A stretch of DNA of 64,000 bases from Epiperipatus broadwayi (GCA_028023455.1 JAQFVV010000004.1:124001-188000), one strand, 5' to 3'. Positions 50,629 to 64,000 are shown, counted from the first letter of the stretch. Notes: generated by a model not told the origin, from the letters alone. Made by a program: numbers and translations.

Positions 50629-51401
50629 AAATGGTATTTATTATTGAATATATTGTAAAAACATTTATGCACATCAGACAGAAAAGGGAGTAGAAGTCTT
50701 TGCTTGTGTATGTTAGGGGCCTGATTATTTATTTCGGAAAAAAACTGTTTTATTAAATGGTATTTATTATTGAATATATTGTAAAAACATTTAGGCAGAT
50801 AAGGGAGTAGAAGTCTTTGCTTGTCTATGTTAGGGGTCTGATTATTTATTTTAGAAAAAAACTGTTTTATTTTTCTGTCGATTAAATTCAGATTAAAAAC
50901 AACTTTTGTTAGGTTGTTCCTGTATGATGCTAGGTTAGCTTTTTTATCTGCCTCAAATTTACACAGGTGCATATTTCTATACAAAAACAAGGTTAAGCCA
51001 GAGAGTTTGTGGTTAGTTTGTGAATCGGAGAGGGGGTGGGAGTGTCCTCTAACAACAAGGGGTTTGATGAGCATCTTATAATTAAGATGTGTGTGTTCTC
51101 GCTGAATGTGTAGGTCTAGGTATTTAACTTGTTTATAACCATTTTCATTCTCTATGTTAAACGTAAATCCTGTGATGTTTTGAAGTTCAGTTTTAATTTG
51201 TAGAATAATTGGAGTGGGAGCGGTTATGAAGAGATCATCAACATATCTAGTGTAGATGGATAGAAAATTAGATTCTTGATATTTTGGAATTATTTGTTTT
51301 TCAAAGTAATTTAATACTATACTTGAGATGATGCCACTCATAGGTAGTCCCATCGGCCAACCATCTTTCATATGAAAACACTGGTTGTGAAAGAAGGCCA
51401 T
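50601..51401 (-). pseudogene. PLE reverse transcriptase (C-terminal part)
   Basis: 266-aa ORF with KDGWPMGLPMS and TRYVDDLF; contains an internal 126-bp duplication (50628-50871). Confidence 0.88.
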
Positions 51402-51492
51402 GATATTTTTATCAAGCCATGATAAAAAGTCTACAATAAAGAAAATAATAAAGAAAATAGATAAGATTAAATTATACAGTGAAGATTATTAG

Positions 51493-51771
<279 letters not shown>

Positions 51772-52240
51772 TTAGGTTATAGTTAGGAATGATATTAAAT
51801 CCCTTATCATGCTTAGCTACAGGAATTTTAATTGCTTGAAATTAGTTTAAAAGAACCTGAGATTATTTTAGTTTGATTATTTTGAAATAAGAGATTAAGA
51901 TTTATTTATTAGTATTATCTTAATTAATCAATTATTATTAAAGACATAGGAATGTTAGGAATTTATTATTTGAAGTAATAAAAGAGGGAATAGTATTCTT
52001 ATGCCATTGAGGTAGTATCCTGTGGGATAATGGCTCAATGTAGTTCATATTGCCACTTGTAAGCTCACTTCAGAGTTTCATGATTTGTAAATATTTTATT
52101 TATTTAGTTTATAACGTTGAATCATATTGTTATCTTATTAATTATAACTAGTTTAATAAGATACAGTACTGTAGAATATCTCTATTATTAATTAGTCCTA
52201 TTTTATTATAATATATTTCCTGGAAGTGAGGGTACAATAA

Positions 52241-54930
52241 ATATTATTAAAGAATAATGTGTGTGTGTGTCTAAACTTCTAATGTTGATATGCTAGAATA
52301 CTCCAGAAATAGAATAAATAATTAATATGCAGAAAAATAAATTACTTATTGGAAATTGCAATGGGTTAAGAAAAGTTCATTTTATGCAAATTAGCAAAGC
52401 TGATAAAGAGTCGAAGGAAGAATTAAATTACTGCAGTAGTGTAAAAGAAGTCAGTAAAATGGTATACTGAGTACTGAGTTATGTCCTGTTGTTCTGGAAA
52501 TTAATAAAGAAGAGCTCTAGTCAAGAATTCAATTTGATTATCTCAGAATAATGTGTATAAGCTGTAGTGTGCTTACACAATTATAGAGTTATAAATATCA
52601 GCATTAAAGAAATTATTTAGATATTAAATCTATGGAGCTGTAACCTCTTAAGAGATCTATATGATCTTGTTTTCAATTGGCAAATAACAAATTGAATTAC
52701 TAATCTTTACTAACACAATTATTATTATTAAAAACACTTGAAATGTATTTAAACTTTCTCTTATTTAAAAAAATACAATTATCCAGTTGCCAACTGACTG
52801 CATGGCCTGGATGTATTTTTTGGTGCAGTTTGATAGTTTTATCTGTGAAGCTTAATTAAATGATCACTTTGAGAAATGCAGAACAACATGATAACAAAGT
52901 AACAGCTGATGAACTTAAGTGACAATGCTATTATGAATGTCCAGCAAAGATGTATTAAATGTGGCAAATTATTTATGTGATCCCAAGCTGCTTGAGGAAA
53001 TACCATGTAAAAGAGCTATTGATAAAACTACATATATATTTTGAATCCATAATGTCAAAATTTACAGTGTGTCTTCATTTTCGAGGGAGGATATAGTCAC
53101 AAAATGAGAATATACATGAATATGATTTAGTCATATGAATGTTGATGAAAAATTGTGAATTTAAGAATTATATCAATGAAATTCTGTTAGATCAGCTACT
53201 ATGGAGAATAAGAGATGTAAAACCTAAGAGAGATATTACTAAGTGAGAAGGAATTATCATACAAAGTTGCTATTAAATGGGCATCAGCTTATGAAACCAT
53301 GGTAGACCATATGGAACTTTCAGAAATGTGAAAAAGATTGATCATTTAGAAACTAATATAAATATGGCAAAACCATGAGAGATAACCAAGACCCTTTTTA
53401 CATTTTATTGCTGTGGGAAGAAAGGGCATTTAAAATCTAGCTGCAGATTTAAAATGAAAAAATGTTTTAACTGTGGATTGGAAGGTTAGTTGTCAAAGTT
53501 ACGTAAGCAATAAATGACAGAGTAAGATTTATAGAGAAAGAGTAAATTGAGGAGATAACTGTCTAAAAAGTTTATGATGATGAATAAATTGAAAGATAGT
53601 ACGATATGTCAAAATTAAAAGTGAAAATCTTTGATCAAATGTCCAAATAGTGGGGCAGACATATTATTAGTATTGTGGAAAGACTAGAACATGATTTTTA
53701 AAAAGGCAAATGACAAATTGAAAAAGTCTAAAGTGATAGGGTCAGACATAGACGGAAAAGCATAACAATTGGAGAAATAGCTATAGTGCCTATATGGGTA
53801 AACAATTACCATTATGTATGAGAATGGATTGTTAACCAAATATTAGGAACAAATTAGGTTAAGTGTATCAGAATAAGTATCAAACATGTTAAAACTGCTG
53901 TTTGTGGCTAAGAAATTTAAATCCTGCCTGAAACTACAGAAACTTGGCAGTTAGTTAATTTAGATCATGCAGGGCCATCTCATAGGGAAATATTTTTTGT
54001 AGCCATAAATGTATATTCAAAATGGGTTGAATATTGTGTTGTAAATGACACATGCATAGAAAATTTAATAAAAGTTTTGAATGAACTCTTTGTAACACCC
54101 AGTTATCCAGAGACTATAGTAATGGATAACCGAACTGGTGTCAGCTCAGAGAAATAAAAAAATTTCCTTACTTCTAAGGGGATACAGCACATATTGACAC
54201 CAGCTTATCACTTGCAGTTTAATGGACTAGTGGAGAAGGTAGTTCAACAGCTGAACATTGCACTTAACAAGCAGAAATATGCTGACATACACAAAGCAAT
54301 CACCACTGCTGTGTTTTACCACCATTTTACAAACAGCATCATTATAAAGAAAACTCCTGTGGTTTTACTATTAAGATGACACACTTCAGAATACACTTGT
54401 TCATATTACTTCCAAATAAAAGTATAAAGAAAAATGCCTATTTGAAAAATATAAAATTTGGTATGAACCATAATGTATGAATTAAAAATATAGTTAAGAG
54501 GAAATGGCTACCAGGAATAATTATGAAAACAGTATTTGCACAAATATGCAAAATAAAGTTAGATGACAAAATTCTGAAATGTCATTTAAACCATATTAAA
54601 GAATGGAGAACAGAAATATTAGATGGCATAGTGGTTATTCTGAATTTAGAGAAAGGAAATCAGACTGACATTTCTGATGAAATTGATTTAAAAACTCTAG
54701 TTGTCTCTCCTGTTCAAGAAGAAGCTTTCAAAGTAACAAATAAACTGAAAGAAAAAAGATTATAGGTCCAGAGGAAGAAAATAGAGCTTCAACAAGGCCT
54801 ACCCAAGTATGGAAGAGACCAATAAGGCTACAAGATTATTTAATAAATTGATTTATTGTAGTTCAAGGGTAGGCTAAAAAAAATTATTTGTGAATAAAAT
54901 TTCTGTCTATTTCTGGAGTAGAGGGAGGGT
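52241..54930 (+). mobile_element. Internally deleted Mag-like Ty3/gypsy relic (5' region, gag, integrase, PPT)
   Basis: gag CEFKNYINEILLDQLL; knuckles CCGKKGHLKSSC and CFNCG; integrase DHAGP...YSKWVE, YPETIVMDN, PAYHLQFNGLVEK; purine tract agagggaggg at 54920-54929. Confidence 0.75.
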
Positions 54931-56013
54931 ATACATGTATAGATATATATTGAACCATATTGATATACGATTCAAGGGTTTTACTGCTAAAATTAAAAAC
55001 TTAATTTTTGTTAAATCTTATCTAATGTTAAAATTTTTTTCCTTATTTAAAAAGAGTACGTGTATTAAAACACCTACTCATTTATATTTAAAATAAATCG
55101 TTTTAATGTTTATAAAATTGTTTTTAAAATAGTTTTCTGATACCGCTTATTTTTACTTTTTTTTAAAATCAATTTGATTAAAAACAAGCAAGCTTGCTAA
55201 TTATATTCCTGTTGCTTTTCTTTTATCATTTCCACTCATTCTAAAAACGGAGGTTTAATTTTATGTTGTTGTTTTTGTTCAAAATAATCCCTGGATAGAA
55301 TTCTTCATTAAATTGAGTGGGGGATTAAGATTTGCCCCTGCCCTGAGGTGTAGAATTGGACAACAGAAAAGGTTTTCACAGGAAATGTAGCCGGGTATAA
55401 ATGACCCCACAAATTTTGGGACAATAGTTTTTTGCTTTTATTCTTGATCGACAAGCTGTTTCAAAGTGAGAGATTCAGTATTCCATATACACTTTGATTA
55501 TCGCCTGCTGAGAGTTATACCGTTTTGGGTAGCAGTTTGGTCATTTAATTCCTGCTAAAAACTTGCAATTATTAACAGACTTCATTGCTGTACAAGATGT
55601 CAAAATCTACCGCTCTGAGTTTTGCCATCATCAGGATGTCTTGCTAATTTAAACAAAGGATGAACCCTAACTACCAAATCTCCATCAGTCATGCCATAAA
55701 CATCTAGAAGACTGGAACCTCTATACCTCTACTTTGCCGCTGTCAAAGGACCTGAAAATGAACTAAAATAAACGCGCGCACTCTACGCAAACTGTGTTTT
55801 ACCGTAAGGTAAAATTTTCTTTTATTCTTTCCAGGGTAAAATTCTTTTAATTAAATCTCCGCTCAATCTAATTATAAATCTGTATTCATAAGCAATATTT
55901 AACCTCATATGTAATATTTGTTGTGTTTTTTTCTTGTATTTTGTAGTGTGTCTTGGAATCTTAGTTTTAAGATTCCAAGTTTGCTTTCAATTTTTATAAA
56001 GCGCAGTCGATAC

Positions 56014-56566
56014 TTGAAATTAAATTGAGAGAGTGCAAATTTCTCAAGCGCTTATGACAACCAACAGCCAATCAAATCTTGAGCACTGGGACAGAGAATT
56101 TAACAAGACAAGAGCGGTTCCACTCTCTTCTTTACTTGTCTTTCTATATATAGAAGCCAGTCCAAAGTACTTATATCTGAAAGCGTGAATCTTAAATATC
56201 ATCACACTTAATTCACTGAGTTCAAATTACAAACATACAGCGTGAAATCTTTCAATTTATAAAATAATATTATTTACATATATTGCTGAAAAGTTATAAC
56301 ATTGATAAACTACTCCGTAGTAAATCGAAAGATTTCACGCTGTATGTTTGTAATTTGAACTCAGTGAATTAAGTGTGATGATATTTAAGATTCACACTTT
56401 CAGACATAAGTACTTTGGACTGGCTTGGATATATAGAAAGACAAGTAAAGAAGAGAGTGGAACCACTCTTTTCTTGTTAAATTCTCTATCCCAGTGCTTA
56501 AGATTTGATTGGCTGTTGGTTGTCATAAGCGCTTGAGAAATTTGCACTCTCTCAATTTAATTTCAA
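56014..56566. mobile_element. MITE-like fold-back element (240-bp inverted arms, 73-nt spacer)
   Basis: 56014-56253 is a near-perfect reverse complement of 56327-56566; no clear TSD. Confidence 0.8.
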
Positions 56567-57696
56567 TTTTTGTTTATTGGAGAGTGTCAAGTGAGTTTTA
56601 TATTTTTATTTTTAACTTTTTATAAATACTTTGGCAGTCGTGTATATTTTAAATGCTTACCTGTAATTATTTTAATATCCAATAATTGATTTTAAATACT
56701 GTGTTTGCGCTTTGGCAACACAAAATTTTTTGGCTGGCGAATTTATTGTCCTAATTTTCCGCAGGTAGAGATTTCATTTCTTCTTTCTTATGTCTCTGAA
56801 AGCGGAAACTGGAATTGTTTTTTTTTTTTGAATTTTATAAGTCACCAGCAGGAAGATAATATTTATCCCTTTGTCAATTACAGGTGAGAGAGACTTTCGT
56901 TCTGCTAAAGTATTGAAAGATTTAATATTTTCATACTCATGTGCACTCTCCGATAGATTTATTTTGTATGGCTTTAAATTTATCAGAGCATGTACTCAGA
57001 ATTTGTTTTATAAGTTTATTTTCCTTGAGATGCTTGGGCAGACGTAACTGCTTTTCTAATTATTTGCTTGTCTCCTATTAAGACCTTTAATTATTATTCT
57101 TAGATTAGTTTTTGCCAATCGTTTGGTTGTGGATTTGCCAGTTTAATTGTTTGGGTTTTTTTTCATTTTAAATCATATTTTTCGGTTGTTCTTGAGGTAA
57201 ATCAATCATCTTTATTTTAAATGCAATATTAGGTGCACTTCTACTGGCATATAACATTTGTGGTCCTGACACATTTTTTGGACCTTGAAAAGCTCGCCGG
57301 CACTGGTTTCATTGATTTATTTCAAGAACATATTGTTTAAGTATCTGTGAATGGGAAAACCAATGTTTGGGTGAATCCTCTGCTGAATGAAATTTGCTTC
57401 CTCCCTTTTATAATTTGTTATTAGAAGATCAGTAGGTCTGCCAGAGCATTGCATTTAGCCTTTGTGGTACATGCCTGAGCTAATACTATTTGTTAACTTA
57501 GAAACTCTTTTTTTTATAAGTCTTCCCTTAATAAAATTTTTAAAATTTGTTTAAACTTAATTTGGCTGACATTTGTCTTGATACTTTTATTTCTCAATTG
57601 TCTAAACAATTTTAAGATCTCTTGTTTCTCCCTGAGTTTAGTTGGCGCAAACCATCATCATCATTCATTCTGATCACAGTAAATAAATTTTTCCCA

Positions 57697-57805
57697 TGTG
57701 ATGTGATGTGATGTGATGTATTATGGCTTCTCCTTAAACGAAGTCAAGAATATCTCAGCAATTATGCCCAGATAAACCTGTTAGCCACTTTCTTTTACAT
57801 TCCCC
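57697..57805 (-). mobile_element. Short 3' LINE fragment with (CATCA)n tail
   Basis: Near-identical to 5041-5145. Confidence 0.75.
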
Positions 57806-58304
57806 TCTGCAATCAGAATAGATTGAGTGTCCGGTACAATGTTTTATTAAAGAATAAAAAAGGCATGTGTGTGAGTGTGTACAAGCTTCGAATGTTGATA
57901 TACTAAAATACTCCAGAAATAGAATAAATAATTAATATGCAGAAAAAGAAACTACTTACTGGAAATTGCAGTGGGTTAAGCTGAAAAAGAATCTGAAGAA
58001 TTAAATTAATGCAGTAAAATAGTGTACTGAGTACTGAATATTGAGTTATGTTCTATTGTTCTGGAAATTAATAAAGAAGACTTATAAATATCTCAGAATT
58101 AGAGACTTTATAGATATTAAATCTCTAAAAAGGTATAAACTGATAAACATCGCATGATCACCATTTCTTATGCTTGCTCTTAACTGTTATTAAAACAGGC
58201 AAAGCTCTCTATACGTATCGCCACTCAGTGCAAGCCAGAATAATCAATGGATGCCAGAAGGCTTATGCATAAAATCCCCATCTAATGGCCTACTCATCCG
58301 ATAT

Positions 58305-58345
58305 TTTCAGACTAGCTTCTGGCTTGTGGCTTTTGTCAGTGAGGA
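58305..58345 (-). ncRNA. Decayed hammerhead motif (inverted copy)
   Basis: tcctca-ctgacaa-a-agc-cacaa-gcc-a-gaag-ctag-tc-tgaa. Confidence 0.45.
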
Positions 58346-58801
58346 GCCTTTGATCTGAGAGCACTGCACCTAGATCTTAGGATCTAATGCAACCCTCCAG
58401 AAACTACCTTTTATCTCTACTTAACTATAAAACTATGAGATTTAAATTTTAAAACATAATATTTTCAATCCAAGATCACCAGCTTATATAATCATATAGA
58501 GAGTTTTGTCTGTTTTAATAACAAGAGCAAACATAAGAAATTGTGATCATGTGATGTTTATTGGCGTAAAACCAATCCTGTCTAATAGGATAATGGTGGC
58601 TATGGTTATTAAAGAACCAAAGGCACCAAATGTGTAGGTACTGAACTGAGTTCAGACGTATATGACTATATGAGCTGGTGAGCTTGGATTGAAAATATTA
58701 TAGTGTCTTCAATTTAAGTCTCATAAGTAGAGATAAAAGGTGGCTGCTGGAAGATTGCATTAGATCCTAAGATCTAGGTGCAGTGCTCCCAGATCCAAGA
58801 C

Positions 58802-58841
58802 TCCTCACTGATGAAGGCCACAAGCCAGAAACTAGTCAGGA
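58802..58841 (+). ncRNA. Minimal type I hammerhead motif
   Basis: tcctca-CTGATGA-a-GGC-cacaa-GCC-a-GAAA-CTAG-TC-agga. The two-copy consensus restores a 6-bp stem I (tcctca/tgagga). Confidence 0.6.
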
Positions 58842-59239
58842 TATTGGATGAGTAGGCACTAGATGGAGATTTTATGCACAAACCTTCTGGCATCCAACTA
58901 GTGAATTGAATTACTAATCTTTATTAATACAATTATTATTATTCAGAGGAAATAAACTCTTGAAATTTATTTAAACTTTAGGAGTGGCAATATGAATAGA
59001 GAGTTTTGCCTGTTTTAAGATATAAACTGTTAAGAGATCTATGTGATCTTGTTCTCAATCTACAACTAGTGAATTGAATTACTAATCTTTATTAATATAA
59101 TTATTATTATTCAGAGGAAATAAACTCTTGAAATTTATCCAAACTTTAGTTGTTTTTCTCTTAATTAAAAGATACAATTATCCAGCTGCCAACTGACTGC
59201 ATGATCCTGGATATATTACCGAGAAACAGACATTTTCTC

Positions 59240-61745
59240 ATATTCATTTTTTTATTGAGCAATAATATCAACTTTTGACATTTCTAAATCATTACACTTA
59301 ATCAAGTAATGACTTTGTAAAATTAGAACAAAAAGGGGAAAGAATTGATTTAAAAAATGGACACTATATTATAAAGACACAAATATTGGAAGTACAAGTG
59401 GAGTGGGATTCATTATTACTAAAAGATGGAAGAATAACATTATAGAGATTGGTATATCAGAGAGAATGGCACGATTAGTTATTCAAATTAATGGTAGATA
59501 CCAAATGCACATAATTGGTTTATGCCTCAACAAATTTTTATGATCAAGAAAAAGAGGATTTTTATATGGATTTGTACAAAATACTTTTGAGCAGACTAAA
59601 CATCATTTTAAAATTGTCATGGGAGATTTTAATGTTAGAATTGTAAATGATTGAAAGATGAAAGTGCTGTGACTAAATTTAGTTATGATAATAGAAATGA
59701 GAGAGGGCCTAGATTTCTGGAGCTTGCAGAAAAAGAAAAACTTTATGTTATGAATATTTTCTTTCGAGAAAAATACTTGACAGAAATGGACATGGAAGCA
59801 TCAAAATGAAAATAGAACAGAATTTGATTATATTTTGGCTAACAGAAAATATGTGTTTCAAGATTCAAAACAGTGATCATTGATTAGTGAGATGTAAGAT
59901 ACATGTTAATGAAAAATTAAAGAAACAAAAATTAGTAAGGGAAAACCAGTATACACAGTTAATATTTCTGACTTTTAGAAACATCCCAATAAATTTTAAT
60001 TAGAATTTGTGAACTGTTTTAAAATATTAATAGATTTTGAAGATGGTTCAGATTTTAATAAAATCAATAGAAAGATAATTAGTACAAAAACAATCAGTAA
60101 AATTTCTACCGAGGCAACAATTTATGAAGAAAGAAAGGAATATGAAAAACTATAAAAATAATCTATTAACAAAAATCGAATATCTAGAAATTTTGTAAAA
60201 TGGTACAAAAAAGAGTTAATAGTGATATGAGAAAATATAATTGTGAATTAGCAAGGAAAACTATAAAAGAAAATGAAAGTCTCAGCAATGTAAATCAACA
60301 TCTCTTACTTGTAAGAAACTTTTTTCTACAGTAAGAAGAAATGATATAAAATGTGTGGGAAAATTATATAAAGAATTATATAGAAATAAAAAAAACAACA
60401 AAAAAATATATCCTTCTGAATTGTCCAACATTTTAAATAATGAGGTTAGACATGCAGATAAATCTGAAGAAGGGAGAAAGTTCCATATAATGATGGAATT
60501 ATAATTGATATCTTAAAATAAGCAGGTGAAGAAATACAATAATTGTTGGCAAAGTTATATACCAAATGCCTAAATAATAAAGAGGTATCACATGATTAGA
60601 AGAAAGCAGTACTACTATTGCTATTTAAAAAGGATGATAAAAAATATTAGAAATGACATACCTATCAGTCTTTTATCAGTTCTACACAATTTCTTTTACA
60701 GAGATGATTACAACTGTCTACAGCAAACTTTGAATTCTAACCAAACATAACATTCTTTTGACAAACTAGATTTAAAAATGACTTTAGAAAGAATCAAATG
60801 AATACAAATCATCTTTATGCTTTGAATTTGTAGATTATGAAAAGGCATTTGATTCTATAAAGTATTGGATCATGAAGATATAGATGTAGAATATTTATCA
60901 AAATGCCACAACAATGATTAATTGTACAGTGATACTAAGAAGATCAGCTTTGAAAAGGATGTATAACTAGATGACTCCATGTCTCCAAAATGTTTTACAG
61001 CAGTTTTATAAGAAGTATTTTGTGAATTAAAACAGGAAATGAAGGGAGTAAAAGGCATCTAGATTTTGCAGATGATAATACTTCACAGCTTCAGGAAATG
61101 CTGCAAGAGTTATCATTAAAGATAAACATTAAAAAAACTGAAGTAGTGTTCAATGGATTTTCTCAGAAGAAACAATTGAAGATTGATAATGATGAATTAG
61201 AAGTTAACAACTATAAATATCATAAAATTAAAAATTGAATGCTCTTTTGATATAAATAACTTAATTTTAAAATGAAATATGTCTATGTGTTTGAAAAGGA
61301 AGGTTTTTAATAAATGTGTTTTACCAATTCTTACTTATGGATCTGAGATTTGGATACTTAACAGAAGAGCAATACAAAGACTTCAGACCACTCAGTGAAG
61401 AATGGAGAGATGTGTTAGAAGTAACAAGAAGGGATCAAAAATGAAAATCATGGGTAAAGAGAACAAGTAGATATCACTGATAATGAAAGAATTATGAAGC
61501 AAGTAGATCTGGGCTGGACATTTTTCTAGAAAAGGTTATAATAAATGGACAGTTGAAATGTTAAATTGGATTACACAAGATTGTAAAAGATCTAGAAAGA
61601 AACTATATGTAAGAATAATAGATGAAATAAGGAAGTGTACTGGTATGATGTAGAGAAGAAAAGCTAGAGATTACAGAAGTTGGATTAAACTTTAGATAGT
61701 TCATCCTGCAGTGAATCAATAATAGTTGAAAATAATAATGATAAT
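59240..61745 (+). mobile_element. Decayed RTE-clade LINE (APE + RT)
   Basis: APE: VMGDFNVRI, NERG.RFLELAEKE, WTWKH, FDYIL, SDH. RT: LLFKK, PISLLSV, FVDYEKAFDSI, FADD, LPILTYGSEIW, WAGHF. Many stops and deletions. Confidence 0.9.
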
Positions 61746-64000
61746 GTATCTCACATTAGTTTTATTGATAAGTGAGAATGTTGTTTAACATTTCTATATT
61801 ATTTAATTATAAATAGGTTTAGGCTAAATGTTAATCAATATTTTTTCATATTTAAATATAACAGTTAGAAATAGAATTGCCATTGAAATTAATCTATTTA
61901 TGTAATCTTTTCTACATTTTTTCTTTTAAATTTTATATTTATCATACATTAAGTAAAACTAGTCAGAATTAGTGTGCTGGTCATAAGCATATAGTTTTTT
62001 TTGCTCTTTTAGGCTACAACACTTACAATTTAACAAAATTTTTTTGAAAATCTCTCTTATTTTTGGTAAATAATTTTTGTTCTTAATCAATTTTATAGTA
62101 CATTAAAGCCACTATAAACTTTTATTCTTTAATAATAAATCTGGTTCAGTTTTGATGGATATGGCATTAAAATGACCAAACTTTTAGACTCTTTTTTATC
62201 AAAATGATTTTTGCTGTTCATAGTATAGTCACTCATAATACAAATTATTCTCTCTTTAATTCACTCATCTTACCTTTTTTTCATCCATGTCTATACAGCC
62301 TAACAATTTACATTAGGGCTGTTAAAAAAAAACAAATCATTGTTGCCTAATTCTATATCTTTAAACTAATTAGAAATGGATACAGTGCTTTTTCTTTTAT
62401 GGAGAAGTGGCAGTCAAATTGCTTGAGGTTACATATATTCATCACTGTTGCTACTTTATCCTTATTTTATTTTTATATTTGACTACATACAAAATTAGTC
62501 AATATTAAAAGACAATTCACTCTAGAAAAAATTAGTATGCATAATAATTAAAAATTATGCAAATGTGAAATTAATGTACATATGCTAATTTACAATGATC
62601 TATCATGGAAACTGAAGAAAACATTATAGTGGAAAGTTAAGAAAATGCAGCATTATAGTTCAACACTATAAAGAACTGTGTGTGCATGATTAAGAATGAG
62701 TTAATTTATGGAATTTAACCAGCAAGCTGCTAATTGAAATACTAACTGCTATATATGTACATTTTGATTATTTAAAAAATACATTAAGTTCAAAATGTTA
62801 AAATTATTTTAATCTGTCAAATTAAAAAATTCCTCAGGGAATTACAGTTACAAATTTTATCTGATAAAGAAACAACTAATTACATCTATAATTGGATTTT
62901 TTTCTAATTAAAGATAATCTTTGGAATTTACAAAATTTATTAAATATATACTTTAGAGAAAAATTGTGGCTCATACTATAAATCTTAACTTTAGTTCAAG
63001 AGCCAAGAAGGAAGGCAACAGATTAAATCCAGCAGAAGAGCTAAAGCAGCTTAACAGGAGTACAAGAACAAAGAAAGAAAGAAGAGTCAAATTCCAGAAC
63101 AGTCCCCACTGAAGATCCAAAAGGGAGTCTCAGAGATTTAAAAGGTCATATGAATCTCCATCTTTATTTTAATTATTTGATTGCTAAGGATTTCTCTATT
63201 AATTATTTTATTTATTTGATTGCTGGAATAACCTCTCAGCTACTCACACATATCAACTCAACAATGGGTGCAGTCAATCACTGTCACACAGTAACTCAAT
63301 ATACAATACTAACAATTTACTAATATATATTATGAATAATACTCATTCTTAAGTTTAACACCATCTTTGTGTATCGCTATATTATTGCATAACAATAGGT
63401 ATTATAGTCTAAGCATTTATATATATAGAGAGAGTATGAGCAAGTATTCTGTATGCATATGTATTTATTATAATTGAGTTAATATTATATTTAATAAATA
63501 ATTTTCTATGATTAGTGGTTGTAATGTGTGGATTAATAAATAATGTGATATATAATACAAATAAAATGTCCATTAATTAGAACAAAATTGTAATCATAAA
63601 AAAATTCTAAAATATAATATAAATAAACTATTACAAACAATCTTTCAATCTGCAGAAGTACTTTCAGTTAATTTCTTAAAATGGCCTCAACTGCCATTAA
63701 ATTAAAAAAACAAAACAAAGCAGAAGCAAACATCATCAATTCAAATCCCATGAATCCTGTGTTTCAATGTTAGCAGCTTGTCTATTTATTAAATGCATTT
63801 TATTCCTATTTATAAAAAATTGCCTCATTAATTTTTCTTTTATTATGGTTTCTCTCTTCATGAAGAATTTTTACGTTTTCAATATCAAATTTATATTTTC
63901 ATGTTTTTTCATGATCAATGAAAACTGAAGCAGTCATTAAATTACCACTATTCTTACTTTTTACATGCTTTTATAATAATTCATACTCCTTTAATCTCTT

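Larger units (their letters stand above)
49981..51430 (-). mobile_element. 5'-truncated Penelope-like element in the 3' LTR
   Basis: RT motifs GWPMG and RYVDD, then GIY-YIG VVYNIAC...YYGET. Flanked by duplicated taataaagaaa; absent from the 5' LTR. Confidence 0.92.
58143..59020. mobile_element. Second hammerhead-containing monomer family (~435 nt), inverted arms
   Basis: TSD tataaactg (58134-58142 / 59021-59029). 58143-58494 is an inverted partial unit; 58495-59020 is a direct unit containing an 87-bp copy of flanking DNA. Confidence 0.8.
57845..59218 (+). repeat. Second copy of the 5' region of the Mag-like element, interrupted at 58143-59020
   Basis: 57865-58085 matches 52255-52520; 59030-59215 matches 52645-52815 (through ccagctgccaactgactgcatg). 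Confidence 0.75.

Noticed and set aside
63001-63112. Open stretch AKKEGNRLNPAEELKQLNRSTRTKKERRVKFQ
   Set aside because: Could be a retrotransposon pol C-terminal remnant, but it is too short and has no supporting context.

Overview
Very AT-rich eukaryotic DNA, probably an invertebrate animal (inference from introns and TE content), dominated by nested and decayed retroelements. The centrepiece is a ~25 kb Ty3/gypsy element (27179-52236) with unusually long LTRs (~4.4 kb net, TGTAC...GTACA termini). Nested inside it are two 2.5-2.7 kb solo-LTR-like inserts, three Penelope-like element (PLE) fragments, a tRNA-derived SINE, a fold-back repeat and an expanded microsatellite. Outside it lie two decayed Mag-like gypsy relics, a second gag relic, an RTE LINE, other LINE fragments, an unidentified decayed coding sequence present in two copies, and three phase-consistent exons of a host HMG-box-like gene (20284-23018). 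The most interesting signal is a set of small non-coding insertions built from ~340-435 nt circularly permuted monomers. They are arranged as inverted arms and flanked by 9-14 bp target-site duplications (TSDs). Two families (23400-24481 and 58143-59020) carry minimal type I hammerhead ribozyme motifs, and all three PLE fragments carry hammerhead relics just after their GIY-YIG ORF. This suggests PLE-mobilised retrozyme-like elements. All alignments and folds were done by eye; no searches were run.
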